Shown piece after piece: positions 50,901 through 61,332 of a stretch of 64,000 nucleotides of DNA (position 1 is the first letter of the stretch; every line of letters begins with the position of its first letter). The notes beneath the pieces are model-generated. The model was not told where the DNA came from. It saw only the letters and a list, made by a program, of their open reading frames with translations, and searched no databases. Source of the stretch: Azolla caroliniana (taxonomy: Eukaryota; Plantae; Polypodiophyta); assembly GCA_043228905.1 (NCBI GenBank), contig JBHGNT010000014.1:11408001-11472000 (forward strand). The letters are read 5' to 3'. Made by a program: the position numbers and the translations under genes.

Positions 50901-51005
50901 CATGTGGATTTATCTTCATTTTGCTTTTAAGTTTTTCACATGCACTGAATGTGGCTCTCTTATTTCTAGAGCTTGTCTTCCTATTTTAGGATCAATGCGT
51001 GTCCT
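47952..51005 (-). pseudogene. Intron-containing gene for a ParB-like domain plus a beta-class N6A/N4C DNA amino-methyltransferase
   Basis: Spliced reading: VYNGDVGHMLDILPK*HYTLLVADIQYG (motif IV-like, 48950-48961)..IHW|VKTN..PYQKPQRLTNRLVELFSNPDDWVLDLFSGTG|TTTVCTLKLFRNCVALEKD (motifs X, I, II). GT-AG introns at 48666-48755 and 48284-48375 keep the frame. Upstream exon YYVIGGSHFTKA is ParB/Srx-like. Stops and a solo LTR disrupt the gene. Confidence 0.85.
50029..50678 (+). mobile_element. Copia solo LTR (related to G) interrupting the methyltransferase gene
   Basis: TG..CA ends and TSD AACAA (50024-50028 and 50679-50683). The minus-strand frame EEAKLL|AWDHNN rejoins across it. Confidence 0.93.
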
Positions 51006-53815
51006 CTGAATAGAGGAGATTAACAAGTGAAATAGTTGTGATTCACTAAAAACAATAGGTAATAACACAATGATATATTGATAATCTTAAAAATAAACAA
51101 CGTAAACTTGAAAACTAAGGTAAAGTTCCACAAAACTAGGCGAAAATCACCTGTTTAGGGTTGTAATGTTACATAAAAAACATTGAGAAAAATGCCAAAA
51201 AATAGCAAGAAAGTGACCAATTCTAGTATATTGATCATGAAAGTCCCCCCTTTCAATGAGAACTCAATGCACTACATTGAGTTCACGTTGAAATTATTCG
51301 AACTCGATTGAAAGCATTGAATTCTAGACGCAGAAATTAATAAACACAAAAAGGAATCTTTTAGGAATCTTTGAAGAATCTAAAAATATAGTTTAGAAAA
51401 CATACTTGACAATCGCCTTTCCCTTGTTCATGTTGCTGACGTCGACTTGACCGGGGAGGCGAAAACTGGAAGTCTTGGTTGCTCTCTACTCTTGTGATCT
51501 TCTGTTGCTTGAACGCGATAATGACAATGAGAAGATGACTTTCCCTTATAAAGTCAAACGACAATTGAGAGCAAAGTTCGATGTCACTTTTTTCGATAGA
51601 GCCTTTTAACTTAGGTAAAATAAGAAATATTAAAGTAGATACAAATCATGACGAGTCTAGTTTTTCGAATGTTGACAACAACTGCGTCAACAAGCCTCTA
51701 AATTTTCAAAGATTTCCTCGACAAATGAGCGTTAAAGGATATAATTTTCCATGTTTGGATCGCCAAATTGCAATTGATATATGCAAGGTATGTTGTGGGA
51801 GCCTTTGTCTATCAAAATTTGGAAAGGAAAACTTGCAGGGGTTGCAACAAAAGTATTTGTCTCTCAATCATGACAAACAAGATACATTCTTGATTGCCAA
51901 TATGCAACTTGTTAAGGACCATTTGGCAGTGTCATGTCCTCAGCAGGTGGAATATTACCTTTCACTTACTATGAAGAGTTGTCGAGTTGCTTTTAAAATT
52001 TCCTATACCATCGGGAACATGAGGCTACAAAGAATTCAACATCGATTACTTAAGGGGTGGTGGGTACCTTTCAACAATACAGAATCTACATGTACGGGTC
52101 TAATTGGGTGGCATGTCATTAGATGGATGGAGATGTATTTCTCAAAGCAATGTGATGTTATGCCTACCACTGGAAGGTTACATTTGACAGATAATTTCAC
52201 TAGTCGTGAGTTATACCAAACGTATAAGGATGACATGTTATTGGAAAGTGTACCTTACATACAATATTGACATTTTAATCGTTTGGAGATCGAAGTTTAA
52301 CAATGTGGTCATACCCCGCAATGTCCGGATGGGTGTTTGTTCTAAATGCGCAAGTTTAAAAAGCATGGCAAAGAGTGGGACAACAAATGAAGGAATAACA
52401 AAATATAAGAATTTATTGAGAGAACATCGAGAAAGCTAGGCATTGGAAAGATCTAAAGTTATGCACCATAGTCAAAAAGCGCTTCAATGACCATAAAGAT
52501 ATATGTGCTTGATTATAGATGGGATGGACCAAAAGAAAACTTGTTTGCCACATTTTCAAAGGTTGCCCAAGGATGTTGGAGATGCACTTAGTAGGATGTC
52601 TTCTGTATTGTCAGACAATAAGGCCTCAAGTGTTCCTAACTTATCCAAATATCCACAATGACCCTAATCTTAGACTGACAGTCATGCAAAGAGTTTTGCA
52701 GAGTTGGCAATGTTTACTCCCACTAGTACTATACATGCAACCTGACAACATGGGAGAGAAAACAAGAACTCAACTGTGTTTGGTTATTTGAGCATGTTAG
52801 TAGACAATGGTATATTCAAATATATTGTCAACTTCTTGCTAGTTGGTCATACACATGATCACATAGATCAAATGTTTAGTAGGTTCTCCAAGAAATTAGC
52901 GAGGTGCGATGCTTTCACACTTCCTATGTTATCAAGGTTGATCACTAAAGTTTATACCCCCAAGCTAGATGTGCAACATTTAGATGAAGTATATGATTTC
53001 AAACGCTTTTGTTTGGATGGTGATGGGACTGGATCTAGGGTTCTTGCTCCGCTTAATAATATAAGTTTTAACCACGTCTTCCTCATCCAAAAAAGTGTGG
53101 TCGGTCACAACAAGACCATGCTATATGCCAAACAATACTCATCTAGTTTGCAATGGGGGCCACAAGACGGATGTAGGTTCTTATTGCATTTCCCAAATGC
53201 AATAATCTATGGTGCTAAGAAGATGCCCTATGACGACCATAAAAGGTTGGTTGTTGCTAGTTCAATAGAAGTCTTAGAGCAAAAGATATATTGGATGCAG
53301 TGCCTTGAGGAAAAAACAAAAAAATATTGAGCGAGCCAAAAAGTACGCTGGTGATCAGGATGTGGATTGGTGGGATGTCTTCTAGTAATTGTCATGACGA
53401 CATACATTTTGGCCTTACAAGGATTCGAGCTCAAGACGTCTTGGTCTATATGTTAGACCTTTAACCATTATACTAACATATATGATGTATAGTTATAATA
53501 AATGTATTATTAGTTATTACAAGACATTTAGAGTATTCTAGAACATTCTAGAGTATTCTAGAACATTCTAGGATATTCCATGATTATATTAAATATCATA
53601 AATATCTAAAATATTCTAGAACATTCCAGAATACTCCATAAGGACCTATAAATAGGTGTCTATTCATTCATCACAACTCATTCGGTTCAAACTGTCGTGA
53701 CTTGAGAATAGGAGAGAGAAAAATAAGATGGCAGTAGAAGGTAGAGGGAGAGAGAGAGAGAGAGAGAAAGAACACTAGAAATGGAAAGAGAGTTTATATT
53801 ATAAGAGAGCAAGGA

Positions 53816-55384
53816 TTACAAAGAGTAGGCTAAGAGGATTTGCTTCTGACTTTCAAATGCGGCCTCTCCTGGTTGAAGTTCCATATATGAACGCCGAGAT
53901 AAAGCAACTGCTTTGCCTTGTTGCGTCCCAGGGCGATATAGAATTACGAAATCAAAACGAGTTAAAAACTGCGCCCAATGAGCTTGTCGACGACTCAAGA
54001 CTCGAGCACTTTGGAAGTACGTTAGATTTTTGTGATCATTATAGACAATGATTTGTTGAGACGAACCCTCCAAAAAATGACGCCATTGTTGAAAAGAATC
54101 CACAATGGCAAGAAGCTCTTTGTCGTGAATCTCATAGTTGATTTCTGCAGCTTCGAATTTCCGTGAATGAAGAGCCACAGGGTGCAGTTGGCCATCATTG
54201 CTAATCTGGGATAATACACTTCCTAGTGCGAAGTCAGATGCATCAGCTTCCAGTATAAAGCGCTTCAATGGATCAACATGCATCAAAATTGGTGTGGATG
54301 TAAATGCTTGCTTTAATCCTTCAAATGCAGAGTTTGCATTTATACTCCACACAAATGGTTGATTCTTCTGTGTCAGTTGAGTGAGGGGCAATACAATCTT
54401 TGAATAATCTTTGATGAACTTGCGATAAAAGTTTGCGAACCCTAAAAAACATTGTACATCTCGCACAGACTGTGGTGTTTGCCAATCCAAAATTGTTTGA
54501 ACCTTTGCTGGATCCATAGAGATGCCATGTGAAGAGACTATGTACCCCAAAAATTCAACTTGACGCTGGTCAAAGCTGCACTTCTCCAATTTTGCATAGA
54601 GACCATATTCACGCAACCGTTGCAAAGCTTGTCGAACGTGTATATCATGATCCTCTTGAGTTTTTGAGTAGATCAAGATATCATCTAGGTAAATTATGAC
54701 AAAAATATCAAGGAAATCTCGAAAAATGTCATTCGCCATATGTTGGAAAACTGCTGGTGCATTCGTGAGACCAAATGGCATCACTATATACTCAAAATGG
54801 CCATAGCGAGTACGAAAAGCAGTCTTCCATTCATCCCCAGGACAAATTCGAACAAGATTGTAAGCACCTCGAAGATCTATCTTTGTGAAATACTTAGCTC
54901 CATTGAGGCGTTCCAGAAGGCTTGAAATCAATGGTAGAGCATATCGGTTTCGAATAGTTACTTTATTCAATCCTCGATAATCCACGACCAGACGAAGCGA
55001 ACCATCTTTCTTCTTAACGAAAAATATGGGTGCGCCGGCAGGAGATCTTGAATGTTGGATAAACCCATTCACCAAGTTCTCATCAATATATTCCCGAAGA
55101 ACCTCTAACTCTGTGGGTGAAAGGTTATAAATTGGCCCCCATGGAGGCTCTTTTCCGGGCTGCAAATCAATCGGGCAATCATATGGTCGATGCTCTGGTA
55201 GTCTATTGGCCTTCACCTTATCAAAAACATTGGAGAATTCTATATATTTCTTCGGTAGTTGGACCCCCGATTCTTGTGAGCTCGATGTGGGAGTTGCTAA
55301 AACTGCAAACACCAACATGTCTTCCTGTCGTCCTTCCTCACGTAATTGATGTATAGAGATTGCCGAAATCTTTTGGAATGTCAT
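53816..55384 (-). CDS. Gypsy reverse transcriptase and RNase H of element N (truncated; upstream protease largely missing)
   Basis: 522-aa ORF with LRLVVDYRGLN, MPFGLTNAP, YLDDIL, EADASDFALG and DKELLAI. Confidence 0.93.
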   Translation of the reverse strand: MTFQKISAISIHQLREEGRQEDMLVFAVLATPTSSSQESGVQLPKKYIEFSNVFDKVKANRLPEHRPYDCPIDLQPGKEPPWGPIYNLSPTELEVLREYIDENLVNGFIQHSRSPAGAPIFFVKKKDGSLRLVVDYRGLNKVTIRNRYALPLISSLLERLNGAKYFTKIDLRGAYNLVRICPGDEWKTAFRTRYGHFEYIVMPFGLTNAPAVFQHMANDIFRDFLDIFVIIYLDDILIYSKTQEDHDIHVRQALQRLREYGLYAKLEKCSFDQRQVEFLGYIVSSHGISMDPAKVQTILDWQTPQSVRDVQCFLGFANFYRKFIKDYSKIVLPLTQLTQKNQPFVWSINANSAFEGLKQAFTSTPILMHVDPLKRFILEADASDFALGSVLSQISNDGQLHPVALHSRKFEAAEINYEIHDKELLAIVDSFQQWRHFLEGSSQQIIVYNDHKNLTYFQSARVLSRRQAHWAQFLTRFDFVILYRPGTQQGKAVALSRRSYMELQPGEAAFESQKQILLAYSL

Positions 55385-55698
55385 ATCCTTTGTTGGAGTT
55401 TTAAGAGGCTCAGAATGTATTGTGACTTCTTCGATGGTTCTTTTTCTCCAATCAATAGTTGGGTTATGTAGCTCAAACCATGGAAGACCAAGAACTAGGG
55501 TTGTCCAACCAAATGGCTCCGATTTTGGCCGGACTTACTCGTTTAACACATCATCTAATTGGCTCAAGACATCAAATGTATTTTTATGACAGGGACTACC
55601 AGGCCTACTTGGGTTACGAGAAGGCGGGGCAGAAATTGAGATGGGATTGTCATGAGCACTTACTTGGTTAACTTGTCGTCGTGGTTTATGTGGACAAT

Positions 55699-56652
55699 TC
55701 ACAACAATATGCCTGGACCACCACAATAGAGGCATAGACGATTCGCTCGCCGTCGTTGCTTTTCAGCATCCGATAATGGTCCTCGACGTCGTGTTGTCTC
55801 GATTTCCATTGGAGTAGGGCCTTCCACCACACTTGACTTTGATACTTGGGGTGGAGTTGCAACCACCGAAGCATATGTTTCTGTTGGTCGAAAACGTAAC
55901 ATTTGTTGGCGCTCAGAACGCCGCTCAAATAAGCGATTGCCACATCGCACGGCCCGGCTTACTGCTTCAGTAAGAGATTTTGGATCATCATGGAAGGTAA
56001 GAAGTAAATCCTTCACGTCATTGCGTAGACCTTGATGAAATTGGTCCATTAATGCTGCCTCGTCCCATGGAATATCACATGCTAGAAGGCGAAAATCTGC
56101 AGCATAAGCGGAAGCAGGACGATCTCCTTGTCGTAATCGCCGAATTTTGTTTATTGCAGTCCTCATACTATCAGTGTCTCCAAAGTTGGCTTGGAACTCA
56201 TTAATAAACCCTTCAAAATCTTCTAATAATGGTGAGTGCTTCTCTAGGAGTGGTGCAAACCACGCTAATGCGGTACCCGTTAACAAGGTACCAACTAGAC
56301 CCACACAAGCAACATCAGTTGGGTAACGGCTAGGATGCAATTTAATCACAAGCCGTACTTGATTTAAAAATCCACGAAACTGAGACCTTGTACCATCAAA
56401 CTTGGCCGGCAGACTAATCTTGGGTTCCTTCAGCGAGGTTTGAACTTCCGCCGCTTGTTGTTGCAATAGAGTAGTTTCCAATTGATGCACCTGTTGAGAT
56501 AATTCTTCATATTGTTGTACTTTTTCAGCACTTACTTGTTGTAGGTCTCCCAACAATCTTTGATTTTCATGCTCTAGTGCCACGAATTTGGTTGTTAGCA
56601 TTTCGAGCTCGGAGAGAACACGCATATATTCTTGCTTGCTGACGGACTCCAT
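55699..56652 (-). CDS. Gypsy gag of element N
   Basis: 317-aa ORF with PAKFDGTRSQFRGF, LRQG..Y..F, PTPMEI and the start of a CLYCG zinc knuckle (frameshifted). Confidence 0.92.
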   Translation of the reverse strand: MESVSKQEYMRVLSELEMLTTKFVALEHENQRLLGDLQQVSAEKVQQYEELSQQVHQLETTLLQQQAAEVQTSLKEPKISLPAKFDGTRSQFRGFLNQVRLVIKLHPSRYPTDVACVGLVGTLLTGTALAWFAPLLEKHSPLLEDFEGFINEFQANFGDTDSMRTAINKIRRLRQGDRPASAYAADFRLLACDIPWDEAALMDQFHQGLRNDVKDLLLTFHDDPKSLTEAVSRAVRCGNRLFERRSERQQMLRFRPTETYASVVATPPQVSKSSVVEGPTPMEIETTRRRGPLSDAEKQRRRANRLCLYCGGPGILL

Positions 56653-56885
56653 AGTTGCGATAGAAAATTGCTAGATTTGGTTGAATAAGGTTAAGATAAG
56701 AAGAAGAAGTTGGAGAAGAAGAAAAGAGATAGATTCGGTTCAAACTCTTACATACTTCTTGCAAACTCTCTTCCGGCTACCATCCATAAACTAACGGACA
56801 GAGTGAGCGCACCAACCAAACAGTAGAACAATATCTTCGTTGTTTTGTCAACTATCAACAAGATGATTGGGTTGATCTATTACAT

Positions 56886-57623
56886 TTGGCAGAATTTGCT
56901 TACAACAACTCAGAACATTCTTCTACTGGATATTCCCCATTTTTTGCAAACATTGGGTACCATCCTCGTTGGACTATGCTTGAACATCCCGAACTCCCGA
57001 CAAACCCGGTTGTTGAAGATCGGCTCACCCGACTCCAAGAAGTTCAAGATATCCTTTTACACCATTTATGTGATGCTCAAAACACTCAAAAGAAGGTTGC
57101 CGACCGTCATCGACGTGATTCATCGACTACGTTTCAAGTGGGGGATCAAGTATGGCTTTTACAAGGTCGCATTAAAACAACCCGACCTTGCTGCAAATTG
57201 GATTATCAACGTTTTGGCCCATATGTGATATCTGGTAAGCTCAATGATGTGGCATTTCGCCTTGATCTTCCCCCTCATATGCATCTTCACCCGATCTTCC
57301 ATGTTTCACTTTTGGAGCCGTACACAACCAGCTCTATTCCAGGCCGTCTAACATCTCCCCCACCTCCAATCGAAATTTCGGATTGCTCCGAATATGAAGT
57401 TGTTGCCATTCTCGACTCCAAGATCATTCGCAACAAACTGTATTATTTGGTTGACTGGTTAGGTTATACACCTAATGATCAAACATGGGAACCTCTTGAG
57501 AATCTTGCTAATGCCTCCGAAATGGTTGCTGCATTTCACAACAAATATCCTCATAAGCCAAGTCCGAAATCTTGTCTTCCGACTCGTGGAACTCGTCGTC
57601 GAAAAGGGGGGATAATGTCATGA
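56886..57623 (+). CDS. Integrase C-terminal part and chromodomain of element N
   Basis: AEFAYNN..GPY..HPIFHVSLL..EYEVVAILDSKIIRNKLYYLVDWLGY. Confidence 0.93.
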   Translation: MAEFAYNNSEHSSTGYSPFFANIGYHPRWTMLEHPELPTNPVVEDRLTRLQEVQDILLHHLCDAQNTQKKVADRHRRDSSTTFQVGDQVWLLQGRIKTTRPCCKLDYQRFGPYVISGKLNDVAFRLDLPPHMHLHPIFHVSLLEPYTTSSIPGRLTSPPPPIEISDCSEYEVVAILDSKIIRNKLYYLVDWLGYTPNDQTWEPLENLANASEMVAAFHNKYPHKPSPKSCLPTRGTRRRKGGIMS

Positions 57624-59164
57624 CGACATACATTTTGGCCTTACAAGGATTCGAGCTCAAGACGTCTTGGTCTATATGTTAGACCTTTAACCATTATACT
57701 AACATATATGATGTATAGTTATAATAAATGTATTATTAGTTATTACAAGACATTTAGAGTATTCTAGAACATTCTAGGATATTCCATGATTATATTAAAT
57801 ATCATAAATATCATAAATATTCTAGAACATTCCAGAATACTCCATAAGGACCTATAAATAGGTGTCTATTCATTCATCACAACTCATTCGGTTCAACACC
57901 AGTTTGTAGCCCCTTAGCCTACTCTTTGTAATCCTTGCTCTCTTATAATATAAACTCTCTTTCCATTTCTAGTGTTCTCTCTCTCTCTCTCTCTCTCTCT
58001 CCCTCTACCTTCTACTGTCATCTTATTTTTCTCTCTCCTATTCTCAAGTCACGACAGTAATCATCAACAAACAATATTAGATAACCACTTTATAGGGTAC
58101 TAGCCACTACAAAATCAATTCGAATGTGCGCTTGGTGGGCCATCAATGGCGACCACGACTCCTTTACAACCACTAGATAATCTTGAATTGAATAATCTAG
58201 TTCGTCCATGACAAAGAGATATTTACGTGGGACCAAGATTATCGCATTTTGCAGAGGCAAGGTGGCAAGGCAATCTACATGAGCTACAAGTTGGTATGTT
58301 GGTTGCAACATTAGCTGGGGGTGATAAGTTGGGTCATCCCTTCTGGATTGCCAAAAAAATCATTGAAATTATTAAGGATGATGAAGGCAATCAAGTAAAG
58401 TCTATTATAGTTCATTGGTATCATAGCTCTTCCAAATATGCATTTACTGGGAAGTACTCTTTAGAGATGGGTAAAGATGTCAAAGGCACAAGCAGAAAGA
58501 GGAGAAGAAAGAATCTACCAAGCACGTTGTCATGATGAAAACCGTCCACAAGCGGAATCGGTGTACCGGAGCGTGGAAACCGACCCTTCATGCACGTGCG
58601 CCTTAAGTTGTACATAGGAGATCCTAGGAAGATTCGGTAGGTAGGGAGTAAAGGGGAAACGGCTCCTTCCTTGCCTATAAAAGGAGGGAGACGAGGAGAG
58701 TAAGGGGATCGCGGAGAGTCGAGGACGAAGTGCTATCGGATTGGGCGCGAAGGCTTCTCTCTCTCTCTATCTGGTTCGCAGACTCCATAGCTTCCTTCTG
58801 TGCAGGTTTCAGGAGGCTCGCGCTGCTCTGAGGAATGCCCGAGTGCTTCCGGCAGCACCTCCAACCTGTTCCTGTTTTTCTGTGCGTTTACGAACAGGTA
58901 TCGGCATCTGTCCGCCGGCCTGTTCGGTTGTAACAGACTTTGTGTTTTGTTGTCCTCGTGTTCATGTTGTTTGTCTTGTCAATACATACATACTTTCGTG
59001 GTTTTCTGTGTCGCTGTCCCATTCGCGTCTTTGCGTCGAAGGGCCGTGTCCCTGTGAATCTACGCTCGCACGTAGTGGGTCTCTCTCTCTCTCTTACTCT
59101 TCGGTACAAGACCCCCGAGGTCCCGCCTCACTCCACGCATCCGCGAGGAATACCTCGACATATT

Positions 59165-59182
59165 TGGTGAACCCGACGTGAA
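59165..59182 (+). promoter_or_regulatory. PBS complementary to the 3' end of plant cytosolic tRNA-Trp
   Basis: TGGTGAACCCGACGTGAA is complementary to ..TTCACGTCGGGTTCACCA (tRNA-Trp 3' end, recalled from memory). Confidence 0.85.
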
Positions 59183-61332
59183 AGAGGCGGCAGAAGAGCA
59201 GAAGATGAGGGGGTCGGATCTTGCAGAGGCCATGGCTTCGGCCGTGGATCTGATATTGAGCACACGCGAGGGCACCGGTGCCCTCGACAGAGCCATTGAG
59301 GCAGTCGTCGGTACGATCGGCCGTTTCAGCGGAAAGGATGCTACGAAGTATTTGGCGTCCTACGGGGCGGAAATGCTGATGCGGGACATTCCGAAAGAGA
59401 GGCGTCTTGCCGGGTTCCCTCGAGTGGCGATGCCGAGCATCCATGCGGAGGTGCTCGAGGTACGGGCAGAGAGCCGTACCTGGGAGGAGTTCGAAGGCCG
59501 ACTCCTAGAGAAATATGGGCTGGACGACGCGCTCCGGCTTTCGAAATGGGACTTCATGGAATGGGTGGAGTCCCCCGGCAAAGGAAGAAACGCGTCGGCA
59601 CTCCTCCGGGAGTTCGAAGAACGCTTTGCGCGCCTTTCGGCGCTTGACCGAACCATTCTGGATACGAGCCGGGTCCTACTGTTCGTCAAGTCGGTGGACG
59701 AGCGGGACCGGGATCAAGTCGGCTCCTTGCTAGAAACTGAAGACGGGCTGACAACCGACTGGGCTGCAGTTAAGAGAGTCTGTGGCCGTTTCGACAAACG
59801 GTGAGAATGGGCTGACAACGGGGCGGCCGGTGTGGGCTCTGTTACAGCAAGGAGGCTTGAACCGGCACCGCAAATGTGAAGGGAAGAAACCCGGGAATGG
59901 CCCGAAACCGGTCCGGCTTCGACCAGCATGGTCAATGGCTCGTCCGGAGGAGCAGCGCTAGAGGAGTTGACGCGGGCGATAAAGGATCTCCAGATCGCCC
60001 AGACTCGAAGGGAAGGTGGCGAACCGGCTCGTGACCGACGGCCGGCAGCGGGGAACAGGTGCATGTGGTGCGACGAGGTCGGCCACATTCGGAAGGACTG
60101 CGGCGATTTCGCAGAGGCGTTGAGAAACCGGGTGGTGTACCTGTGGGAAGGCCGGGTGCACGTTGGCGACACCAGGAGGGCCCTGAGCCGAAACGATGGG
60201 CGAGGAGGTATGAAGAGACTGATGGAAGAGGCAGCGGCCCGACACGTGGAGGCCATCCACTACTCGGCGTCAGCCGGTATTCAGGTCGGGGGCAGCGAGG
60301 CCCGAAAGGAGAGTAAAGACGGTTTCTGGTCGGCATTGCTGGAAGGCCTCGCCGGCGCGCGGCTGAGGAAAGATGAAACGGACCGCGCTGAGAGACGGGT
60401 CCGGGAAATAACCGGGTGGAGCGATCCGGTCGAGGAGAAGACGGGCTTCGTAGAAGCCGCTTGCCGGAACTACGAGGCTCTGGTAGAAGAAAAATGAGTG
60501 GGGAAAGCCGGAGCGGCCGGGCCCTCACAACGGTACGAGACCCGATTCGGGCAACGACGGAACGATGCCGGTGGGCCCGGCCCGCAAGATAACCCCAGGA
60601 AGGGCGGGTACCGACTAGGGACAGAAATAGAAAGGACTACGGACCTACGAAAGGTCCTAGAAGAACGGATCCTCGACAGCAAAGTGGAGCTGTCATTACG
60701 GGAGGTGCTAGGGATCGCCAAGAAGGAGTTCCACGACTCCATTGTAGACTTGGTGAAACGGAAGAGACTGTCGACGGAGACGGAACCGGAAAGACCGGTG
60801 GAGGTGCGGACGACGCACATCGACGACTCGGCGCTGGCAGATGAGTGGGCGGAGAGCCACTATTCGAGGCCACACTGGGCCCGAGCGACCACGGAGACCC
60901 CGGTAAAGATCGGAGGTGTTCAGGAACCGGTGGTGGCGTTGGTGGACCACGGTTCGGAAATAAACTTAATGTCCATGGACTTCTATAAGAAGGGAAAGTG
61001 GCCGATCAACACCAGGCACGGGTGGAAGATACGGGCGGCGACGCGCGCCACGGACGAACTGCACGGGGCCTGCCCGAATAATGCAAGTAAAGATCGGCGA
61101 CGTCGAGATTGACCAGCACTTCTTCGTACAGGAGACGTCCTCGCATCCGATCATATTAGGGGAACCATACATCACGGCGGCGAGGATGGAGACCAAGGTG
61201 CTGGACAACGGTTCGGCCTACGCGAGGGTCAAAAGCCAGGATGGGCGCCATTCGGTGCAATTTTTGACGGTGCGGCCGAACCACGAGAGGAACCGCGAAT
61301 CCCTCGGTGGCGAGAACCGGGAGGATTTTTAG
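59178..61332 (+). pseudogene. gag-protease of element M with three in-frame TGA stops and one frameshift
   Basis: ORFs at 59178, 59928 and 60498 share one frame broken by TGA codons. The frame shifts near 61079 and ends at TAG 61330-61332. Confidence 0.88.

Larger units (their letters stand above)
53390..58056 (+). mobile_element. Element N: rearranged self-priming chromovirus with internally inverted gag-RT-RNase H (3' LTR 57616-58056)
   Basis: TSD GTAAT (53385-53389 and 58057-58061). Order: U3 53390-53690, inverted U5 53693-53834, minus-strand pol and gag, PBS complement 56733-56743, then plus-strand IN-chromodomain, PPT and LTR. Confidence 0.95.
51581..58527 (+). pseudogene. Sola-like DDD transposase pseudogene (51581-53389 plus 58062-58527), interrupted by element N and cut by element M
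   Basis: Motifs CCxxxCL, CSKC, IIDGMDQKKTCLPHF, LYMQPDN..ENKN and FLLVGHTHDHIDQMFS. C-terminal GMLVA..PFWIAK.IEI..IIVHWY. Superfamily assigned from remembered motifs only. Confidence 0.7.

Noticed and set aside
47952-51005. Methyltransferase as bacterial contamination or a restriction-modification system
   Set aside because: It has frame-restoring GT-AG introns and a plant solo LTR with a TSD inside it, and no restriction enzyme partner is recognisable.
59165-59182. tRNA genes at PBS sites
   Set aside because: These are only 12-18-nt complements of tRNA 3' ends next to LTRs, with no cloverleaf.
59802-60497. In-frame TGA codons as programmed readthrough or selenocysteine
   Set aside because: They are more simply explained as CGA-to-TGA methyl-CpG decay, and similar stops occur throughout the window.
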